Assembly (NCBI GenBank): GCA_043819555.1
Contig: JBDREQ010000066.1
Coordinates: 1-64,000 of the forward strand
Length of the DNA: 64,000 nucleotides
Direction of reading: 5' to 3'
From: Candidatus Zixiibacteriota bacterium
GTDB taxonomy: Bacteria; Zixibacteria; MSB-5A5; GN15; JAAZOE01
The translations under genes and the position numbers were made by a program. The notes below the pieces were generated by a model, which worked only from the letters and a program-made list of their open reading frames with translations, made no database searches and had not been told where the DNA came from. Below are positions 58,126-64,000 of this stretch, in pieces; within the stretch, counting starts at the first letter, position 1, and every line of letters begins with the position of its first letter.

Positions 58126-60888
58126 CTATTTCAGGAGCATCATTTTTCGGGTTTGCTGAAATTCTTCGCTCTTAAGGCGATAGAGATAAATACCCGAGGC
58201 TGATTGCCGATCCGCGTCTGTCAAACCATCCCAGATTATCTTATGAGTTCCGGCCGGAAAATGTGAGTCGCTCAGGAGCCGAACCTGCTGACCAAGAAGG
58301 TTGAATATCTCAAGCTGAACGTGTCCTGCCTGGGGAAGCGAAAACTCAATAGTCGTAGAAGGATTGAAAGGATTGGGGTGATTTTGTTCCAGGCTATATT
58401 CAGTCGGAATAATAACATCGTCTTCGGTTGAAGTTGGAGCATATAAATCCTGCGCGGCATAAATATTCATTCCATTATCACGGGCATCAGCCCATACGGC
58501 AACGCCTCGTCCTCGATTGTTGGCGGCTACCGGATTCTGCATGAATGGCGCTGCAGCCACAGAAGCCGGGACATTGCCCTGCAGAGGCGACAGGCTCGCA
58601 TTGAATACTTGTTTGAACGGAGATTTTGAACCGGTTCGGCTATCCAGCCAGGTAATAAACAGGTATCCGTCTGAATCAATTGACACTGAAGGCGGGCCGG
58701 GCATGGCCGCCGGATTGTCGATTATCGACATTGTCGCAGTAGTAATATTGCCGGCAACATCAAAAACTGTCATAAATAATTCCGTACCCAGAGCGCTATA
58801 ACCATGCCAGACTACTATAATATCGCCGTTGTCATTTATAACCAGATCAAATCCATCAATTTGATATCCGTTTTGATCGGACTGGAACGCAAATAAATCC
58901 GAAACAACGCCCGCATTTGTAACTTCTTTGAGTTCTATGGCCGATCCGCCGCTGAATAAGCGATTCAAATAAACGACAATGAAATTTCCATTTTCATCCA
59001 CGCTAATCTTAGAAAGCTCCCCAATTTTGGCCGGGCTATCGGGACCTATCAGGAAATTCGCGCCGGAAGGCAATAAATCGGATCCAAATAGCTGGCCAAA
59101 TATCTTATTACTGCCCATACGGGTATCGGTCCATGTGACCAGAGTGGTTTCCAGTAAATTAATGGCGCAATCAGAACCAAAATGAGATGCGGGGCCGCTA
59201 AAATCATCGTTGATGACAATCTCATCGGTCAGATTATAATGAGGACGGGCGAAACACCCGATAATATTTTGACCGTTTATTCCATTACTGCGAACATCCG
59301 TCCAGGTGATACAGAGTTTGTCATTATCGGAAGCTATGGCCGGCTGTGATTGATACCCTCCGACTGCGTCGAAATTTATCCTGCGATTGATTCCGCTCAA
59401 TGAACCTCCGACATAGACCCGCTGCAGCATTATATCACCGGCGTCGCGACGCATATCGGTAAAAACTATTTCCCACTCATACGAACCAAAGTTGGCCGTG
59501 GCCGGTTCAATTGAAGGAGCCCCGGTAATGTCAGCATTGACAACAAAATCCGATCCCAGGCTTACTCCTAATGAGTTTATGACATCGCCAAATATATCTA
59601 TACTGCCTGATGCCAAATCAGTCCAGATGAGTGTCGCATTCCCTGTCTCATCGCCGGCTACCGAGGGCATAAAGCGAAGCTTTTCTGTGGCATCAGAAAC
59701 TTCAATATTGGTTCCTGATTTCTCCAGACTTGCCGAGAATCGCTGCAAAATAATTGTATTTCGTTGAGAATAAACAGTCCAGGCCGCCATGATTGAGTTT
59801 GATTCACCGGAGGATATATTAATTTCCCAGTTGGAATCCGAGGATGTTTCATCACTGATTAATACATTCGTTCCCAGCAATGCACCGGTCGAAGAAAGAG
59901 TCTGAGCATATATATTCTGCTCATCGCGCACGTCAACCCAGGCAGCAACATATCCTTCCGGGCCGTTAAAAACTAATGATGGCAGAAACCGGGATGAATC
60001 CCGGGCGTCGGCGTCGGACAACTCATATTCAGCGGCATACGGAATGCCAAGGGAATTGAAACGGCGAAAATAAACATCAGCCTTACCTCCCCGATAATCT
60101 TCCCAGACAATTGCAAAATCGTTATTATCACCACCGGCTATGGCGGGCGACCAATGCTGATTAAAAGGTCCATCGCTATTTGCCTCCATTAACGATGTAG
60201 TCGGGAGGCCTCCGGTACTGAAAACCCTATAGGCAATATCATTCCCTAATGAGTAATTTTCCCAGGCAACGACCAAATTGCCGTCCGACAGACAGGCCGC
60301 GTCAAATTCCCCGGCATAGCTTACAAACAGGGTATCAGATACAAAAAACAGATCAGTTAAAACGGCGCCGGTGGAATCAAATCGCGCCGCTTGAAGAAAG
60401 CCATTGGCTTCTTCCCTCCAAACAATATAAAAATTACTATCCATATCAGGGCAAATATGAGGATCGGCAACATCATACCCGTTTCCGAAAACCAATAGCT
60501 CGTTAGTTCCAATCGCGTTGCCGCTTCCATCAAACAACTGAAGATAAATTGAAATCGGGCCGGAACGGTTATCCTCCCAAACCGCGGCCAAACGGCCACC
60601 GGTCAGCGTAGCCAAATCGGCGTTTTCCTGGGTAAAATTGGCCGGGCCGGAGGTTTCAGATATCAGCAAATCATCAAAATTCAGGGCCAGGGAAGAAATA
60701 TTTTTTCCTTCCGGATAAATTTGAGGCGCTTCAGTCTTTCCAAATAATTTCTGCCTCAAATATGCTTTATGCTGGTGATTTCTGAAATCCTGGGCATTCT
60801 CATTCGATATTATTTCCCCTGCCGCGATAACGCCGCAAAGCAAGTAAGAAATAAAAATAACAAACAGGCAAGAAAAAATAGTTTTCAT
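58126..60888 (-). CDS. Large secreted repeat (beta-propeller-like) protein with FlgD-Ig/T9SS type A-like C-terminal domain
   Basis: Signal peptide; repeated P.(I/V)A..F.(V/I)W.D.R..DIY; C-terminal QNHPNPFNPSTTIEF..SGIYLYRL..RKMMLLK. Confidence 0.85.
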   Translation of the reverse strand: MKTIFSCLFVIFISYLLCGVIAAGEIISNENAQDFRNHQHKAYLRQKLFGKTEAPQIYPEGKNISSLALNFDDLLISETSGPANFTQENADLATLTGGRLAAVWEDNRSGPISIYLQLFDGSGNAIGTNELLVFGNGYDVADPHICPDMDSNFYIVWREEANGFLQAARFDSTGAVLTDLFFVSDTLFVSYAGEFDAACLSDGNLVVAWENYSLGNDIAYRVFSTGGLPTTSLMEANSDGPFNQHWSPAIAGGDNNDFAIVWEDYRGGKADVYFRRFNSLGIPYAAEYELSDADARDSSRFLPSLVFNGPEGYVAAWVDVRDEQNIYAQTLSSTGALLGTNVLISDETSSDSNWEINISSGESNSIMAAWTVYSQRNTIILQRFSASLEKSGTNIEVSDATEKLRFMPSVAGDETGNATLIWTDLASGSIDIFGDVINSLGVSLGSDFVVNADITGAPSIEPATANFGSYEWEIVFTDMRRDAGDIMLQRVYVGGSLSGINRRINFDAVGGYQSQPAIASDNDKLCITWTDVRSNGINGQNIIGCFARPHYNLTDEIVINDDFSGPASHFGSDCAINLLETTLVTWTDTRMGSNKIFGQLFGSDLLPSGANFLIGPDSPAKIGELSKISVDENGNFIVVYLNRLFSGGSAIELKEVTNAGVVSDLFAFQSDQNGYQIDGFDLVINDNGDIIVVWHGYSALGTELFMTVFDVAGNITTATMSIIDNPAAMPGPPSVSIDSDGYLFITWLDSRTGSKSPFKQVFNASLSPLQGNVPASVAAAPFMQNPVAANNRGRGVAVWADARDNGMNIYAAQDLYAPTSTEDDVIIPTEYSLEQNHPNPFNPSTTIEFSLPQAGHVQLEIFNLLGQQVRLLSDSHFPAGTHKIIWDGLTDADRQSASGIYLYRLKSEEFQQTRKMMLLK

Positions 60889-60922
60889 ATTTCGTCCCCG
60901 GCTATAAATTCATAAGCTTTCG

Positions 60923-60938
60923 TGCAACTGTTATGCCG
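60923..60938 (-). promoter_or_regulatory. sigma54 promoter of the secreted protein/M23 operon
   Basis: CGGCATAACAGTTGCA = GG-N10-GC, about 35 bp upstream of the start at 60888. Confidence 0.65.
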
Positions 60939-61216
60939 ATTATCTCAAACCGGTAATCCATTAGCCTTCGTTCTTCCTCGAAATCTCCTTACCTGTTGCC
61001 TCACAAGTGTTAACGCCAAAAAAAATCAACGTGTGTTATATGCCATTATATCGATAATGAGTCCGATATCACTGCCGATGGTAAAATCATTGCATATTAT
61101 GCAAAACCCTCGTGAGTAGAAATTTTTTATTTCAGCGGCGGGTACTTTATATCACGATCTAACCGACCGTCATAATTCAAATATAGGCAAAATTCTTTGT
61201 TTGTCAAGTACTTGCG

Positions 61217-61278
61217 TGAAACTGTTAATACCGATTTTCGTATTAATAGAAAACAACGTTCTGTCTTGATTTTACGTC
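61217..61278 (+). promoter_or_regulatory. Two tandem ECF-type promoters (likely autoregulatory)
   Basis: TGAAAC-N16-CGTA (61217-61242) and CAAC-N17-CGTC (61254-61278) upstream of the ECF sigma gene. Confidence 0.65.
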
Positions 61279-61306
61279 ATAATACTGAAATGATATGGAT
61301 TGAACT

Positions 61307-61882
61307 ATGAAAAACCTCTCAATTAACGCCGGATTGGCAATTCAGGAATCATCTACACCAAATGCTTATGCCGATGATTACCAAATTGCCCAGGAAATCG
61401 CCGCAGGAAACAGAGAGCTATTCAAGGATATTTATGATCGCAATGCCTCCGTTCTATATAATTTGGCTAGACGATTGACTAAGACAACGGTGGAAGCAGA
61501 AGACATCGTCCAGGATACATTTATCCGCGCATATCAAAAAATTAATTTATTTGCCGGACGGTCTTCCTTGTCAAGCTGGCTGTACCGAATATGCGTTAAT
61601 GTCGGATTGGAATACCTTCGGAAGCAGAAGGGTAAATTCGAGGATTTAAACGATAGCAACTGCGGCAATGTCGAGCCAGATCAAAAAAAATTGATTCTGA
61701 GGCAAAAATTGAATAAAGCAATCAAGCGCCTGCCTAATGGCTGTCGTATGGTTTTCGTTCTTCATGATATTGAAGGCTTCAATCATCGAGAAATCGCCGA
61801 AAGAATGAATTTTGCCGAAGGCACCTCAAAATCTCAGCTTTTTAAAGCCCGGGCAATGCTAAAGAAAATTCTTGTTGGTTAG
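61307..61882 (+). CDS. ECF RNA polymerase sigma factor
   Basis: AEDIVQDTFIRAY, SSWLYRICVN, LHDIEGFNHREIA..GTSKSQLFKAR. Confidence 0.95.
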   Translation: MKNLSINAGLAIQESSTPNAYADDYQIAQEIAAGNRELFKDIYDRNASVLYNLARRLTKTTVEAEDIVQDTFIRAYQKINLFAGRSSLSSWLYRICVNVGLEYLRKQKGKFEDLNDSNCGNVEPDQKKLILRQKLNKAIKRLPNGCRMVFVLHDIEGFNHREIAERMNFAEGTSKSQLFKARAMLKKILVG

Positions 61883-61885
61883 GAT

Positions 61886-62581
61886 TTGATTATGACACTT
61901 TTTAATTATAAATGTAAGCGTATAAAAAGGTTGCTTTCATACGGGATTGACGAACCTTTGACTCCAGGGGACGAAAAAAAGGTCCAGCGGCATCTGGAAA
62001 TCTGCGGAGACTGCCGAAAAGAAGCCGAGTTTTACCTCGAATTATCCAGCGTCTCTAAAGAATTGGGAAACTTACCGCCGCCGGATTATTTATGGGAAAG
62101 GATATCACTGGCCGTTGATGAACATCCCTGGGAAGACGACGTTAATTCCTATCGGATTTTTCAATTTTCCTTTTTGCGCTCATATAAAAATTCCATACCT
62201 TTAGCGGGTGTTGCGGCGACGGTATTATTGGCATTAATTTTAACTTTAATCCCGGATTTATCGACCGATATGGATGGCGCTAACAATCGGGTTCTGGCGG
62301 GAGAAATAAATCCTGACGTAGCCTACGTATCCTTATTTATGATGAGCCGGGGCGATAAGTACCCGTCCGAAGTTCAGGATTATTTCATCAATCGGTTAAA
62401 TGGACTTAATGAAAAAATTGCCATCATCAAAACCGCTATGAAGCGTCATCCGCATAATCAAGAAATCAAACTTCGGCTGACTGAGGTTTATAAGCAGAAA
62501 ATTGGCATTTATAAACGCCTCGAAATACCGTCGCGCTGCCAGATTATGGGTAATTTGAGCCCAAAGCCTATAACAAATTAA
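61886..62581 (+). CDS. Zinc-finger (zf-HC2) transmembrane anti-sigma factor
   Basis: HLEICGDC (HxxxCxxC) motif, one TM helix, follows the ECF sigma gene. Confidence 0.88.
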   Translation: MIMTLFNYKCKRIKRLLSYGIDEPLTPGDEKKVQRHLEICGDCRKEAEFYLELSSVSKELGNLPPPDYLWERISLAVDEHPWEDDVNSYRIFQFSFLRSYKNSIPLAGVAATVLLALILTLIPDLSTDMDGANNRVLAGEINPDVAYVSLFMMSRGDKYPSEVQDYFINRLNGLNEKIAIIKTAMKRHPHNQEIKLRLTEVYKQKIGIYKRLEIPSRCQIMGNLSPKPITN

Positions 62582-62593
62582 CGAGATTCTATT

Positions 62594-64000
62594 ATGTACT
62601 GCAAATTTGGAAAATATCCGCTATGCGTAGTAATGATCATCTGCGGTCTGCTGATGTTTCCATTCAATGCCGCATGCGCCCAGGAAGTTGACAGCACGCC
62701 AAAGCCTTCAACCAGATACGGACTTGATAAAGGCGATGATTATGATACCCGGATCATGGCAATCAGTCAGAACTATGGCCAGCTTATTGAACAGCTGGAA
62801 TCAGTCATTGGTGAATTCGAAGATTATTTCGAGACTTATAGCCTGTATACCCTTGATGAAACAATGAAAGCTCTCAAAATATTGGAACAATCTATCGATA
62901 ATGAATTTTCAAAAGAAATCACTGATGAGATGATTAATAATCTCGATATTGCCCTTGATAAGGCTATGGAAAATCTGGATGAACTTTACGCGGAGCTGCG
63001 CGAGGGCAAAACTACAATCAAAAGGAAGCATCTCAGGCATTTAAGGTCTCTGGGCAATGATCTTGAAGATATTAAAGATCAATTGGAAGAGATGAAACAC
63101 GATTTTGATGAATATGAGAACTCAGACGATGAAAATATATCAATCATCATCGAAGACGCGCTGAGGCAAGCCCAACGGGGACTTCGCGAAGCCGAAATGA
63201 AATTCCGTGAAAAAGAACGACATGGTGAGATCGATTTGCCGAAAATCGAGGTATTGGTTGATCTTGACAGTCTAATGGGAAACCTTTCGCTTTTGGATTT
63301 ACCAGCCGTTCCGTCTATGCCAAACCTGCCGGAATTTGACTCCTATCTGGAAAAATCCGCATCTATTTCTGCCAGCGGCAGTAATGCGACCATCACCGTG
63401 ATAAACACAATTGGCGGTATTACGGTTACGACAAGAAATAGCTCTGAGATAATAGCAGAATTGACCATCAATTATTCTGAAAATTCGAAGACCAGCACAA
63501 AAATCGCCGAACAAATCAAATTAAGGGCAGAATCGAATTCAGGTACCGATACCGGGAATGACGGTATCACAATTGAAGTAGTCTATCCGTTTTTGGATAA
63601 TAGTGAAAAAGCCATCGGAATAGTATCATCCCATCTGGACCTGAAAATTCCTCGCGATAATCCTCTTAAACTTATCAATGCCTTCGGGCCGGTATCAGTG
63701 ACCAATCATAAAAATAAGGTGATTGTTAAATCGAGTTTTTCAAATATTGAATTGATGCATATTGACGGTGATGTGTATGTCACCAACTCTACCGGAGAGA
63801 TCATCCTCAAAGACATTACAGGGCATTCTGAAATCACCAATTCTTTCGGACCTATTGAGGCAAATATGCTTAATGGAAAATCCATAATTAAAAATAGTTA
63901 TGCTCCTGTTTCAATTTATAGGTCTACAGGTGAACTCGAAATCAATACTTCGGGTGAGGTCATCATTAATCACCTCGAGGGAAACGCCGAGATTCAATCA
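62594..64000 (+). CDS. Exported coiled-coil + DUF4097 (adhesin-like beta-strand repeat) protein, partial at window end
   Basis: Not in the ORF track because it has no stop. Manual reading gives MYCKFGKYPLCVVMIICGLLMFPFNAACAQ.. and later repeats such as VTNSTGEIILKDITGHSEITNSFGPI. Confidence 0.8.
   Translation, partial: MYCKFGKYPLCVVMIICGLLMFPFNAACAQEVDSTPKPSTRYGLDKGDDYDTRIMAISQNYGQLIEQLESVIGEFEDYFETYSLYTLDETMKALKILEQSIDNEFSKEITDEMINNLDIALDKAMENLDELYAELREGKTTIKRKHLRHLRSLGNDLEDIKDQLEEMKHDFDEYENSDDENISIIIEDALRQAQRGLREAEMKFREKERHGEIDLPKIEVLVDLDSLMGNLSLLDLPAVPSMPNLPEFDSYLEKSASISASGSNATITVINTIGGITVTTRNSSEIIAELTINYSENSKTSTKIAEQIKLRAESNSGTDTGNDGITIEVVYPFLDNSEKAIGIVSSHLDLKIPRDNPLKLINAFGPVSVTNHKNKVIVKSSFSNIELMHIDGDVYVTNSTGEIILKDITGHSEITNSFGPIEANMLNGKSIIKNSYAPVSIYRSTGELEINTSGEVIINHLEGNAEIQS

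Overview
Bacterial chromosomal window. A C-terminal 'CGDAN..' dockerin-like domain and a 'QNHPNPFNP' FlgD-Ig/T9SS-type C-terminal domain suggest an FCB-related lineage such as Zixibacteria (inference). Bases 1-26.3 kb hold tRNA-Ser and a large minus-strand flagellar cluster in two putative sigma54 operons: motE-like, fliK, flgD, flgE, flbD, fliLMNOPQ; then fliR (frameshifted), flhBAFG, fliA. This is followed by DUF2225, three PilZ paralogs and an atypical signalling tail with two kinase-like proteins lacking a working ATP-binding domain, a miniature MCP-like protein, CheW and three stand-alone receivers. No motAB, cheA or fliE-J lies in the window. Bases 26.5-64 kb hold yhaM-like, lptFG, a methyltransferase, a C69 peptidase, ahcY, metK, a nucleotidyltransferase, an uncharacterised four-gene membrane cluster (DUF6754), a secreted protease, two EamA transporters, tRNA-Ala, SRP RNA, dnaX-ybaB-recR, mscS, acpS, a 6S-like RNA, nrdJ with NrdR and DnaA boxes, secreted proteins and an ECF sigma/anti-sigma/DUF4097 operon. 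The most notable unannotated signals are the kinase-dead chemosensory-like module, the DUF6754 membrane complex, a C-rich-loop sRNA behind an ECF-type promoter, and a tandem enhancer-like motif shared by both flagellar sigma54 promoters. No CRISPR array, rRNA, transposase or integrase was seen. All calls come from motif recognition by eye; no searches were run.
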